A stretch of 63,509 nt of DNA, filler included, from Dicyema japonicum (Eukaryota > Animalia > Dicyemida): the NCBI GenBank assembly GCA_011109175.1. It is 9 parts of 9 records of this genome, joined end to end, with 100 filler letters (N's around TTAATTAATTAA, not from the genome) between each part and the next. Parts side by side here need not be neighbours in the genome. Positions count along the whole stretch, not along the records: positions 1 to 5,288 come from RDEW01000294.1; positions 5,389 to 11,369 come from RDEW01000145.1; positions 11,470 to 16,812 come from RDEW01000057.1; 6 more parts are not named here. The stretch is one strand, 5' to 3'. Positions within the stretch are counted from its first letter, which is position 1. Every line of letters starts with the position of its first letter. Shown piece by piece: positions 1 to 12,895 of the stretch. The notes under the pieces are model-generated. The model made no database searches. It was not told the origin of the DNA and was given only the letters and a program-made list of their open reading frames with translations. The translations under genes and the position numbers were made by a program.

Positions 1-339
1 AAGGATTTCTTTTGAATAATTATTTTTGAAGGCGGCTATCCACATTAGAATTCAATTTTTATCAGATTGTGTTGATTCAGTATTTTGTTTACATTTCAGA
101 ATTTTGTTACATAAAGCGGATAATGTAAAATATTACTTAATTGTGAATAACTCGATAAACGATGAATAAAATTACTTCAAATTTTCATAAGTATAGTTTA
201 TGTATGAAAATAAAGTTGCAACTAGTATTATCGGTCAATTTTTAAAATTTTAAGATCAATTAAATTGACTTTTTGAAGGCAAATTTTATTTTTTAAGTCA
301 ACAAAAATGTTGCCCTAGTTATTAGTAATATCATCAATA

Positions 340-955
340 CAGTCCGACCTCGTTTTGGAACGGACCTCGGGGCTGGAACACCTCAGTTTTTGGAACACTT
401 TGTATGATCTCTGCCAAAAATACTGAAAACTTCGATTTGGAGGTGAATTTATTACTATTTTTTATTCCTTTGGATGAAAATAAGTTATTAAAAATTGCAG
501 GGATAATACCTTCGACAATGAAAAACCTGTTGTGTCTGATAAAAGGAGGAGGAATGTCAGAGAGAAGGGCTGGCTCATTGAGCGCATCTCCTTACAGATC
601 GTAAGGGAAAATGCGCTCTCAATCCTGAGAGCAGCCAGTAGCCTTTAACTATTTGGTTTTATCCTTCAATAAATTGTTATTATTTAAAAAAAATAAAAAA
701 TAATTAATGAATTGGAAGAATCAGTTTTAGATATTTTTCAAGTTCGTTAAAGGAATTTTAATGCTTCAGGCAAAATTTATTCAGTAGTTTTAAGAAAAAC
801 TAAGGATATGAAAATCAAATTATGATTATTTTTCAATAAATAATGATTTTTAAGACTTTTTGGATTAATTAAATTATTAAAGTTATATTGGTGTTAATTT
901 TTGACAAAACCACGGTTTTTTGGAACACTTTGTGTTCCAAACTGAGGTCCGACTG
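340..955. mobile_element. pogo/Tigger-type MITE with imperfect TIRs and TA target duplication
   Basis: Left end TA|CAGTCCGACCTCGTTTTGGAAC (340); right end GTTCCAAACTGAGGTCCGACTG|TA (955). The same TIR family recurs at 4503, ~12197 and 48322. Confidence 0.75.
545..650 (+). mobile_element. 3' stub of a CRE-clade non-LTR retrotransposon (restriction-like endonuclease C-terminus), nested in the MITE
   Basis: Translates REKGWLIERISLQIVRENALSILRAASSL*, matching the WLxxRISxAIxRGN C-terminal motif of CRE-type RLE domains. Confidence 0.6.
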
Positions 956-1889
956 TACTGAGATTGTTACGACAGTTAGTGTAGTCCATATCCCTTTCGA
1001 ATAAAACAAAAATTTTACAATTTAAAATTCATTAGACCATTCGCACATATTAAATATCTGGTGTTTGAGCTTATATCCATATTTTCGACAATTTTAATTA
1101 CGGGAACTATTATATATGTGAAATGACATCGAGATACAGAATGTCTTTCAAAAAAATAATAAATATGATAAATTCCACTATAACGATAAAACAAATTCAT
1201 ATTCTTTTCATTTTTTTCTGACAAATAATATTTTGAATACCTAGAAGAAAATTCAACAATAGAAATTGGGTGGTGTCAATTACGTCTTGTGTTTTAAAAT
1301 GTTCAACACATAACTAAAATTATATTGTCTTATGAACTTTGACAAGTCCTTCTGAATAGGCAACAAGGCTATAAGATCTATACTCATATTTTTTACGATT
1401 AATTTAAGATCACTTGGATTAAATCGATTACAGTAATGAAGATTTACCAATATAATTGACAGTGCAGGTAACTAAATAAGAATTAAATAACAAAAATAGA
1501 TATATTCAGCGGTTTGAAATCGAGTAAAAACTCAATAAAAATTAGATATCAGATAGTGATACATATTATGTATTGTCATAGGATATAATCTCAAAAATTC
1601 AAAAATAAAGCCATGGATGAAATCTACTAATACGACTAATAGCACATGAAATCGGTTGGTGATTATGCTGAATAAGATCCATGAGATTTACATCAACATA
1701 TGTGTACATGCAAAGCAACTAAATTTATATTTTAAATTTTCTCAAAAATGGCTTTACTAATTTATTTTCAATTTAAAGCAATTATTTTCAATTATAATCG
1801 AAAATGTTGAACTGACAAGATAAGGTTATTTATAATTGATTTTGGATCATTCTATATTCTTTTATAAAATATACAGAATCGCTTATACT

Positions 1890-1992
1890 AAAGCCTCGAG
1901 GGAGCGTCGGGAAACCGAGTGGCTTTTCCAAAGGATATCCCTGGCAGTAGTCAGAGGTAACAGCCACTCGATCATATCCGCTGGACTTTAGA
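1890..1992 (+). mobile_element. 3' stub of a CRE-clade non-LTR retrotransposon
   Basis: Translates ERRETEWLFQRISLAVVRGNSHSIISAGL*, followed by an AT-rich tail. Confidence 0.7.
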
Positions 1993-4502
1993 ACGATTTT
2001 ATTGTTATAAATAAATGTTTTAATTTTTACTGAAATATAAAACTTTATTATGGTGAAATTTTTTAAATCCCCTTTTTCTGATTCGTCTAGAATTATTAAA
2101 GTCAATAACTTGGTTAACTTTTTTAGTATTTTTCTTTTAACGAAATATCCAGATAAATTCACACATGTAAGATTCTTGGCTTTTTGAAAAGAGAAAAAAA
2201 TTAAATTTATTTCCTTTTGATTTTTCATCACTTGTATGTATAAAATATCTAAAATTGATATAAAATCAACCTTAAAAACTCAGGATTGTTAATGCTTTTA
2301 GTAAATTCAGCAAAATCGATAATAAGCTGTGAAAATTTATGCGTTCCAGGTTTTGAATGATTTTTAGTGTACTTTTATAAATAGTCGTTGTGCAATTGAT
2401 TCCAAAGAGGTTGAGATTCATAAATAGCTGATGTAACAAATTTGGATCATCATAATGCAAGAGTGTGAATAATTTGACCTTATTAGGGGTAAATGGAAAA
2501 AAAAGGATTCTTTTCTGATGAACAAATACTGCTTTATGTAATATTTGATAAATCTGGATAAACGTGTATAATATAAACAACGTCCATTATGTCAACATCT
2601 TTATCAGTCAATTCAATGTAAAAAAATATCTTTCTGTACTACATCAGTAATTCTATTATTTTGAAAAAATAGATTTTTCTCAGGACTTTAATTCAAATAT
2701 TTCAATTCAGTAAGTATTTTTTTGGAAAACATTTTTTTAGATTTGTTGTTCAATGTTATATATTTTTGTTCATTAAACTATTTTCGAACATTATTAATGC
2801 ATAATGCATATAATGAAGGTGTAATAACTAATCTTTCTAACTCAGATTTCTTCCAACGTATAATCCGTTCTATTCGATCTGAAGTTGCAGCCACCAATGC
2901 CTCTTGAAGCCATGATACGAATGAACCATGGAACGCGCCGTCGTGACTTCGAAGATCCAGTCACTCGGCCAATACGTGCTTGTGTGAGGTCGAAGGAGGA
3001 GCATCGGCCAAGATGAGATCCCTGCTAGAGCGTGCTGGGATCACTTGATTAGTTAGTTTGTGTGACCGTCATCTAAAGTTATTATTATTTTTGTAATTAT
3101 TCATCTTGTTTCTCTTACCAAATTTTTTATGGAACAACGAAGCTATCAGTTTCATATAAAGTAAATAGATACGAATTAATAAAAAAAAACTTTATGGATG
3201 TAAAGGTCTTCTCGTTTGATTTAAGAAGGTTACACAAATTTAATTGTAATATTATCATTTTTTTCTGTGTGAGTTATGAGTATAAGACTTCAGAAATGAT
3301 TTAGAATGTTTGATGATTTCGTGACTGAGTATTTACAGTTGAGTGTCAGGAAAGTCTGGATATACTAAATAACTATGGCGTGCAAAAATCCAATTAATCC
3401 CTCTAGTAAATCTCTATTGCATCGTAAGTCAATTATGTCGTTTGGGGTCAATTAGCGAAACTTGTTTCAACAATTAACGGAGTTTATCTGACAGAGAAAA
3501 ATCTAAGATTAGAAAAAGAACGAGGGTTATGCTTTGCCAATGGGATATGAAAGTCAAAAAAGGATGATTCGGATAACTGGAAGTATGTACTTAGGATGAC
3601 ATGATGATTTTTTAGAAAAGAAATAGAATCCATGAATCTATATAGGAATTTACAAAACATAACTTGAATTTTGAAAGCAATCTAGGATATTTTTATTGTG
3701 ACTAAAACAATGAGCAAAATAATGGTGAATTTTTGTCACCGAAAGTTCCTGTCTTTTATTTTGGAAGAATATTTGAAAAAAAGGAGTGGGGAATGTGAAC
3801 ATATTTTTGATGAACAAACGTTACAAAACACAAATTTGAAGAATTAAAAAAGAAAGCATCCTTGAAGTTTATTAAACAACTTCAGAGTATGATAACTTAT
3901 AGGTGTATGTCTTGTACAATTTTCATTCAAAAAATTCACATCACTTCATGATCACTTCTCAGATGTATCCAAGTTAATAAAAGTTAATACACGGAAGGTA
4001 AGTGTAACGGTTTAATTAATTTTCTTTCAATTACATTGAGCTTTGTCATAATCATATTATTGAAAAATACAAATAAAAATTTGACAAAGGAATCAGAGCA
4101 AAAGAGGTTATAAGAATCAGATACAAAGAAATAAAACGCACAATAATTTATTAAAAAAAATTAATATCAAATTTTTTTTATTTTTTTTAAATATAATTTT
4201 ATATATGTTTAAATATAAAATTAATATGATCTCGTGGATTTTATTAATAATATATTGGATCACCCCAACTGCTGTAACAATCGTTTATATTAATATTTTG
4301 GGATTACATTATACCATTCTCTATAGTAATTTTTTTGGACCGGTCAGATTGAGTGGAGGATAGTGTGAAGTAACCATGTTTTCTATAACATCAAAATAAC
4401 TTCTTCCAGTCCACAACTGTTTTGATTTATCATGAGGGTCCAAATCAGTATTCTACGGGAATACAATCCACTGTACAACAACTGACGAATTGTCGACTAA
4501 TA

Positions 4503-5288
4503 CAGTCCGACCTTGTTTTGGGGAAACCCAAACTGCGTGGAAAACCTATTTTTTGTGGAGGTCTTATCATTTTAATACTTATAATGAAATTTTCTTTTAG
4601 CAATAAACCCTAAATGGGGAAAATTTTTAACATATTGTTTAAATGCTTGTTCTATCTTTTAAGTATTGACAAAATTCTTAATTTATAAATTTATCTTAAA
4701 AATTTACAAGGGCTATGACCAGAAAGTTAAATCAAAATGGAAAAAATTAGTATAATTAAGGAAATACAGTCAGATCTGTATAAATATGAATTTATTTGTG
4801 AGAAATATGGCATCTCTATAGGAAATCTCTACTGGTTGAAATAGAAGAAATCCCATGCGACGGGTACTCTTTGTCAAATTTAATATATGGGCAACAATTA
4901 AAAACTTAAATTTATGAAGTTTTTCGTTCTTAAAAAATTCAACAGGTTTCCCAAACCAATATTAAAAGTTACGCTTGTAAATTGATAATTGCATTCTAAT
5001 AAATACTTTTTTCATCAAATGGGTGGTTCCATCGATTTTAAAACAATTTGATTTAAAATTCAAAACCGTAATCTAAAATCCATTAGCATTAAATATGCCT
5101 GCTTTTATCCGAGAGGTTTAATGACAAAAAAGTTTTTGAAAATTGGTTATCTTGTATTAACAAAAATGAGGGGAAATAGAAAATAGCATTACTGATAGAT
5201 AATGCAACTTGTCCACTTGTATCAAATATTTCAAAAATCCGTCTTCATCGTCACTATTTCAAAATGCTCGTTCCATTCATTTTCGTTT
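4503..5288 (+). mobile_element. Degenerate pogo/Tigger DNA transposon (left TIR plus broken transposase)
   Basis: TA|CAGTCCGACC TIR, then disrupted frames with SSNGWFHRF (CENP-B-like HTH) and RKIALLIDNATC (DDE_1-like). Truncated by a linker. Confidence 0.65.
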
Positions 5289-5388
5289 NNNNNNNNNNNN
5301 NNNNNNNNNNNNNNNNNNNNNNNNNNNNNNNNTTAATTAATTAANNNNNNNNNNNNNNNNNNNNNNNNNNNNNNNNNNNNNNNNNNNN
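5289..5388. other. Artificial scaffold linker N44-TTAATTAATTAA-N44; identical linkers at 11370-11469, 16813-16912, 24334-24433, 30644-30743, 41622-41721, 55443-55542, 58687-58786
   Basis: Eight identical 100-nt blocks, each centred on a 12-mer with stop codons in all six frames. Confidence 0.97.
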
Positions 5389-5396
5389 AATTTTAG

Positions 5397-7589
5397 GAAT
5401 TGTAAATAAAGAAATTACACATAAATATACAATTGGGATAAAATCGGAAGATATACAATTTCGTAAGCAGTTGGTTTGCTTGTGCGTTAATTTACAAAAA
5501 AATGAATTATCTTTGAATGTTTAACATTTCTGATATTTTCAAAATTAGATAATAAAGAAAAGTGAAATAATATATAAGTTAGTTGAATTCATTGAAGGAA
5601 CAGACGAATTATTGTTCAATATAGAATTACCGTTGCCACAAATTGAAGAAATTCAACTTACAATTATGTCAGCTATGTGTTTAATGGTTGAAAACATGGG
5701 AGAACAGTTAATAAAATATCAAGCTCACACCAGACTTGTAATGTTGCTCGATTGGTGCACATGCTCAGAAAATTCGTACAGAGGTCAAGGGAATTCGCTT
5801 TTGGCTGAAGGAGGTCGAGGAAATAAAAGAGCCCAAATGAAATTGTGTTTAAATCTTATGAGAAGCATGTGCTCTTTAAAAAACTACAAAATAATTCAAA
5901 TATTTGTTGACATGGGAGCGATTGGTCAAATAAAAGGTAGCATTGTATGATTTTTATTTCAATAGAAATCCTTAAAAGCGTTGATAAGTATTCAGAAGAC
6001 AATGATTCTGTAGATATAGAAATTCAAGGTGATATGCTATTTGTATTAGGACGGCTTTGTGAATTAAATCTTCATAATAAAGTCAAATTTCTTACTTATA
6101 CATTTACAGGAGCTATTTGGGATTGACGGAATTAATATTTTAATAAATTTATTAACAATTAATCCAAAAAAGGCCAACTATGGCATGGGTTATTTCAAAC
6201 TTATTTCATACGCAGTAATATGCACATGGTAATATTGTATAAAAGTCAAATTTCTTACTTATACATTTACAGGAGCTATTTGGGATTGACGGAATTAATA
6301 TTTTAATAAATTTATTAACAATTAATCCAAAAAAGGCCAACTATGGCATGGGTTATTTCAAACTTATTTCATACGCAGTAATATGCACATGGTAATATTG
6401 TATAAAAATGGAAATAAGGAACATAACGCATGGATGTCAAATAACAGAGAGTAGTTTTATTTCAGATGGAGGCCTATTTGTTTTATTTGATTTACTTTTG
6501 GTATAAATAATAATATTTATATTTGTTAGGTAGTGCCTACTAACTTGCAAAATGCCGTTCTCGGATGCATTTGTGATCTTAGTAATTATTCAAATTCTAC
6601 AAAGCATATTTTGACTTGGGAAGGAAAAAATAAAATAACTGCCCCTAATCTTTTGTGCAATCTATGGAGAAATTGTGAAGGTTCAGCGTTTTACAATTTA
6701 CAAAATAATTTGATTGGTTCCAAATCAAATTATTTACTAAATCAATTAGACGAAAATCAACCTTATCAAGATTATATAATCAGCAATAATTCTATAAAGA
6801 ATATAATAATCCCAATTGGTTCAACAAACGTGATAAACGAAATATTTACAAACCTTAGAGGAAAAATATTTACGTTGTTTTTGACAATAGGTATTAAATA
6901 TATGTATTATTTTTACATTTAGGATTCGAAAATATACAAAAATTAACTTTTGAAAATAAAATCGTTATGGAGGTAATCAAGAAATTTTATAGTTTGAAAG
7001 TAATTTTTCAAATTATCTACAAAAAGTCATGGGAAGTTTGGAGAGAATTGATAATCGAAATTAATGAGAGTGATTTCCGCCCAATTACTCCGGATCAAGA
7101 TGTTTTGAACAATATAAAAAACAAACTAAATCAATCTGCAATTGGTATCCAAAAAATCCAGAATAAAATAATTAAAGAGAATACAACTAATGAAATAAAA
7201 GAAGAAAATAAATTTTATCGATCTGTACAAATTGAATAAAATATATTTATGAATAGATAATGGAAGGAAGCAAGCAACAGAAAAGAAACGAGATTCGTTG
7301 GAACAGATATATTGAAAGAACGTCATCTCATAAAAAGCTTAAGGGATTTTTATTAGTAAATAAAATATGTTTAGAGGGAAAAACTAGAAGTAGCTAAGTT
7401 AATAGAAAATTCGAAAAGTAACATTCAATTTGACAAAAATGACGAGTAAAATATAAATTTGAATGATGTAGTTTTCTGAAACATGATTTTTCATTACCAA
7501 AATTAGAAACAACAGTACTTATATACTTTTAACAATTATAGACTTTTTGTATGAGACAAGAAAAAATTTTTGATCTTGCCTTCAACTGA
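5397..7589 (+). CDS. CFAP69: Cilia- and flagella-associated protein 69 (ARM-repeat), 3' portion, multi-exon
   Basis: Spliced translation includes IEEIQLTIMSAM...LLDWC...GQGNSLLAEGGRGNKRAQMKLCLNLMRSM, KELFGIDGI, EVWRELIIEINESDFRPITPD and RTSSHKKLK. Short GT-AG introns of ~26-32 nt. The 5' end is cut off by a linker. Confidence 0.8.
6079..6407 (+). repeat. Identical ~163-bp tandem duplication of one intron plus exon inside CFAP69 (probable assembly artefact)
   Basis: The unit gtcaaatttcttac...gtaatattgtataaaa starts at 6082 and again at 6245. Confidence 0.85.
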
Positions 7590-8259
7590 AAAAACTAAAA
7601 TAATATATAAACATTAATTCAACATAACATTTTTAAATCATTTCTAACACATAGATATATCGATAGACTTTTTGTATGAGACAAGAAAAAATTTTTGATC
7701 TTGCCTTCAACTGAAAAAACTAAAATAATATATAAACATTAATTCAACATAACATTTTTAAATCATTTCTAACACATAGATATATCGACTAAACTTCATT
7801 TTGAATTAAAATCCATTATTTAAAAAATAAAAAATAATCAACCTAGTTTTTGAGAACAACATAAGAAAATTAGAGTGGCTCCTGGAAATTCTAATCTACA
7901 GCGAAAAAATTAATTATCTTTTCTATAAAATTAGTTTAGTAGGAATAATCTTTAATATTAAAGATAGAAAAAGTACTAAAAGTCAGGAGAGTTTAAACTT
8001 TTGTTAATTTTAAAATTTTGTTACTTAAATGACCATATAAAAAATAACTATTATAATAAATTCCATGAGATGAAGATATCTGGTGAAGAATACGCCTCTG
8101 CTACCGACCAACTTGTGGAACTGGCATGTTGTCGAGACACGTCAATTAAAGCTAGTGAAAATCTTAATTAAATAGTGTAACCTTAACTGAATTTGGTTTT
8201 GTTTTAATAATATAATAAATTAGAATAAAAATAAAATCAATCATTAAAAAATAGGCAAA

Positions 8260-11021
8260 TCAACGAAGCCGCCTTATTTTTGACCTATCAGTTTTCTTTT
8301 TTTGTCTTTTAGATCCTCGATCGCACTTCATCTTACGATCCACTAATTTGAATCTTCCTCGTACGCCGGCTGGCCTTGTAGCTCTCTTTCCAGCGCCTTT
8401 CTTAACTGGTACCAATGTAGTCTTTGGTTTACGTTTCAACAGACCTGCTTTTTTGTAAATTCTATAATAGATATAAGCGATCGTTGGATACTCTTTAATT
8501 TGCTTATTTTTCTCAACAGAAGTGATATCATCTGTTTCAGCCAATGAATCGGCTTTTTTACGAAATTTCTCCAATTTACTTGCCATCTAAATTGTTAAAT
8601 AAAATAAACGTAACACTAACTTTCTTTTTACGTCTAATTTTGGCTTCCAGTACTTTTTTGGGAGGCCGAGCGTTTATTGCTCGTTCCCGTTCTTTTTCAA
8701 GTGCAACTTGTTCACGTGTTACAGGGACATTGATACGTCGATGAATACGCTCATCTTCGATAAACCAACTAGGCAAATTGGTCCCTTCGTCGTCATATGA
8801 AAAACGATTAAAGCCAGAATCCTCAATTTCTCTTCGTCGACGTTTAGATTTAATTAACTCTCGTGCTAATGCCTTTTCACAGGCAGACAAGCGATGGTCG
8901 TGATATCCATTAGCTAAATAATGAGCAAATGAAATTGGTACCATCAATAGTCGGACGTTTTTTTGGAATGACGACGTGGGAATCCTCGATAGACTCTTTT
9001 TCAAGGTCCACATTCTCAACTCCAGAAATGTTAGATTCTGCTTTCTAAAGCGATTTATCGAATCTTTTTGAATTATTTGTCGTATTAATAACAACAATTA
9101 TAGAGTAATTAGATCCAGGGTAATAAGTAAAAAATATGAAACCTCATGATTCGATTCAACATCACACTGAGAAACATTATCGTCACGAGGTGAACCAATT
9201 TGACTTATCTCATCATCGTCAACTGTATAATTGGTTGATGCAACAGAATCTTCTTCAAAATTTGGCGCATCTTCGTTATCTGAGACAGCAGCGACTTTTA
9301 GAGTCTAAAAAAACAATTATTAAATAAAAATACATCAGCAATATTAGAGGGCAATGCCTCAATTGAGAATAATTCTAAACCTTCAGTCTGATCAAAATAG
9401 TCATTCCGGAAGGAAATTTTCTTATTGACTTTTTTGTTTTCGTCAACAATTCTTTTTCGTTCTTTTTTGCACTTTCTGTGATAATGTTACAAATATCGGG
9501 TCACAAATACAAAAACTTAAATACCTTTTATTTTCTTTATCCTCTTGTTTTTTTAATTTATCTACCACATCAAGAAGTGTTTTCTCAGTCATCTCATCTT
9601 CGTCAATTTCGACCGGGGTACTCTCACCAACCACATCGCTAACACAATAAATTATAATAATAAAACCGATCCGTTTCATTTTCTTTAGCCTTTTTATTTT
9701 TTTCATTGATATCTCTTATAAGCTTTTTCCTCCAACGAAGAAGTTGTCTAAAAGAATATTATTACTATAACTAACTTTATCTCGGAACGACCTAGTAATT
9801 TCAAATCATTACAATATTCTACTATTTCATTAGTAGTCTCAGAATGTTGTTTGACGTAGTCATCGTCAATAAGAATCTAAAAACAATCAGTATAAAAAAT
9901 ACTTGGTTGTAGTCAGCAAGAAAAGCCATAAAGTCATCAGCTTTAAGGAATTTCATAACATGAGTTGACTTGTGAAGAAAGGTAAGCCCATCAGCATAAC
10001 CCTCTCGATTTCTTTTAGATTAAACAAATAAAAATCAACATGGTAGGTTTTTGTAAACGACTTATAGAAATTGTTCGTTTATTCTTATTGTCAATATCTC
10101 CCAAAGCTTGCTCATTTTTGTCTGCGAATACAATATTTGGATCCAAAGAAGATCGATCCTGTTTCTTTGGAGGTTTGAATCCCTGGCAAACGACATAAAT
10201 TTCTGCAGATTCTGTCCGTGAAGCTGGAGGCTTTGTTGAATTCACATTCTCAAAAAATTCACGAAATTTAATTAAAAGTTTTGGATAATCACTTGATCGA
10301 AAAATTTTCGTGACTAAACAACCACCGAAAGCCAAAAAATCGACGGCAATTTTCAATCCATAAAGACCAAGGCGAACTATCAAGTTAGAATTAAAATACA
10401 ACTTTTGTAAATTAACTAAAACTAATATTTATCATAAAATATTTTTTATTGGCAGATTATTTAAAATAAATATGATCGAAAACAAGTTGAATATTTAATG
10501 AAATAATTAAGATCTTGCACAAAAAATAACATAAAATATTTCCCACAACTACTCTACAATATTAACCTTGGTTGAACGCATCCTGCTGCCAACTAGTTCC
10601 CACGTTGGGAGCACCATCGTTGAGGATAAGATTTGCCTTATTTCCCTGAAGGTGCTTTCTTAATGCTGAAGAACATTCGACAGTTGTAATGTCTTGTCTC
10701 ATAGTAATAACACTGGGGATGCTTTTGATTGGATCAAGATCAACTCCTATTATTTTATGAAATAATAGACGACCAATAATAGTGCTAGACACTGGCATGT
10801 TCTTCTGAGCAACTTGAAGCCAACTTCCTGGTGCTGCACACAGATCAATACATACTGTTGAATTCTCCAAAAAATGATATTTTCTATTTAGTTGAATTAA
10901 TTTGAAAGCAGCTCGAGATCGATAGCCTAGAATAAGTATTTAGTAGACATTAACCAGTTTCACGCGCGAGATGATAAAACGTATCCTTGCGTTCTTGAGC
11001 TTTATTTGATTTTTTGACCAT
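8260..11021 (-). CDS. FTSJ3: Pre-rRNA 2'-O-ribose methyltransferase FTSJ3/Spb1, complete multi-exon gene
   Basis: [36 protein letters not shown]...[14 protein letters not shown]...LNDGAPNVG...[10 protein letters not shown]...[16 protein letters not shown]. Spb1 C-terminal motifs [22 protein letters not shown] and [17 protein letters not shown]. About 13 GT-AG introns, mostly 26-34 nt. Confidence 0.95.
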
Positions 11022-11469
11022 TTATTTATATTTAAAAGCAAGGATCTATAATAAAAAATGAATAAATGATACCAAAATATAAAAATTTAGATATTAATTG
11101 TCCACACAAGAAAAAGTAACGCCCACGATTATAATCAAATAAAAAGTTCAAGTACTTTGGGATAAAATATTTAATATATTAAAAAATTTAACGTTTCTGC
11201 AGTTACGTTATTAATCAATTTGATAAATTAAGAGTCTCTCCCCAATGGTTTTATTCAAGAATTATATAGTTGATCTCGAAATGTGAAATTTCGTTATCTC
11301 CAAATGATTTACTTTCTTTCTTATAGAATAGAATAGTTAATTTTCTATATGACAAACTCGTCACTAAATNNNNNNNNNNNNNNNNNNNNNNNNNNNNNNN
11401 NNNNNNNNNNNNNTTAATTAATTAANNNNNNNNNNNNNNNNNNNNNNNNNNNNNNNNNNNNNNNNNNNN

Positions 11470-12197
11470 AATATTATATGATGGAATTGAAACTGAGGAA
11501 ATTGGAATGATTGACATACTAAATAAACTCGAATATAATATGTACGCAAAATGTCCCGAAAATCTACAAATTTACTATGAATTTAGAATGAAATTAACCC
11601 AACTGTTAAGGAAAAAGAAAATTGGAGGAACAATTACTGACTATTTTAATCATTCATAATTCAGTTTTAATACAAAATTAATGTTTTTTATTTACTTAAA
11701 AGTTAAAGTTAGCCGTATTCAGCCGATTCCGGCCATTGGCGATTCTGTTGATCAAATTCCTCCACGAACCCTTGTCCTTGGCAGGAGAATTCGTGAACAA
11801 TTTGAAAAAAGAATTTTCTTGGCAACAAGATGATAAGGGGTAGGGTGCCAGGTCTTTCCCCATATTAGATTAATCAGATAGAAACCAAAAAAAATCAAGA
11901 ATGAATGAAAAAGATGAAATGAAATAAAACAAAAAATACACCACTAGAAAGCGTGCCAACTAGCGATAACCAAAATTTAAGTTACACTAAGATAATAAAT
12001 AACACACGTGTAAAATCCTTAAAAAATTTACTTAAAAAATTAAAAATCAGATTCCATATCTAAACCAGTTGGTAGAAGTGAAATAAAATAAAAAATAGTA
12101 AAAATAAAAGCATGTTTAAAATACCCTCACTTTTCGGGGCACCCCCGCATTTTGGGGAAAATTGAAAAATTTGGCGCCCCAAACCGGGGTCGGACTG
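11470..12197 (+). mobile_element. Right end of a pogo/Tigger element carrying a nested RTE 3' stub (about 11700-11880, minus strand)
   Basis: Transposase C-terminus ...KKIGGTITDYFNHS* and right TIR GGGGTCGGACTG|TA. The internal minus-strand piece reads AKDKGSWRNLINRIANG with a (TTTAAC) tail. Confidence 0.6.
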
Positions 12198-12469
12198 TAT
12201 TAATTTGTTAAGTAGTTGCCATGGTAACACGTAACGGACAGGTGCCCATAGGGGCCTGGTTGCCCATGTCACATATTAAAACGAATTAATTTAAAATGAA
12301 CAAAATACCACTTAATTTAAAATGAAAAAAAATTAAAATTATTAAATTTATTTTCGACCCTCTTACGATTGATCTGGGTTGATTTTCAACCCCTGGGGGT
12401 CAACCGACCCCTGGTTGAGAACTGCTGATGTAGACTAATCTCTAGAATAATAGTTATTCTTATTCAATC

Positions 12470-12720
12470 AATTGGAGGCGTCGTTGATTTATTTTGAGGA
12501 ATACCGCCAGAGACTTTTGTTTGACAGCCATAGCAGTAGAGACCGGCGGTTTTCTCGGAGTGAAGCCCATGAATTCTTTTCTTTTGCAGGTCCTCTTATC
12601 TCAAAAAGAACGTGTGACCCCAGAGAGTCCAGCTGGGTGTTTCAACGTGCCTTTCCTAAAAGTCATCGCTTCTTTTTCCATTAATTTTCTTTTATAGTGT
12701 CGTGGCCATGCTAATAATAA
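12470..12720 (+). mobile_element. CRE-clade retrotransposon 3' fragment
   Basis: Frameshifted AIAVETGGFLG...ISKRTCDPRESSWVFQR motif of the RLE domain. Confidence 0.6.
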
Positions 12721-12895
12721 ATAATAAAATATAAATTTGTTAGAAATAGAAATTCTAATATAAATGAAATTTTTCTTTACTTTTAATTCAATCATTATAA
12801 AATTATTAATGTTCCCTAGAAAATATTTATTAACTAATTGACAATTTAAAAAAATTATTACTTGGAAACAGTATTTAGTTGAGAAGCATTCACTA

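Noticed and set aside
570-645. Apparent four-way-junction RNA or ribozyme with a CTGAGAG core
   Set aside because: The segment is the coding end of a CRE endonuclease, related copies diverge like coding sequence, and there is no GAAA hammerhead strand.
3240-3960. Possible Tc1-like transposase relic
   Set aside because: Only faint motifs (e.g. WKYVL) and no TIR pair identified, so too degraded to call.
960-4500. Ciliate-type reassignment of TAA/TAG to Gln
   Set aside because: Conserved genes in the window contain no in-frame TAA/TAG after splicing and use them as terminators; the broken tracts also contain frameshifts.
7538-7790. Exact tandem duplications without N (also 6079-6407, 22421-22615, 25740-26030, 56518-56720) as alternative exons or CRISPR-like arrays
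   Set aside because: Two nearly identical copies of read-length size with no spacers; most simply gap-closing artefacts unless long reads confirm them.
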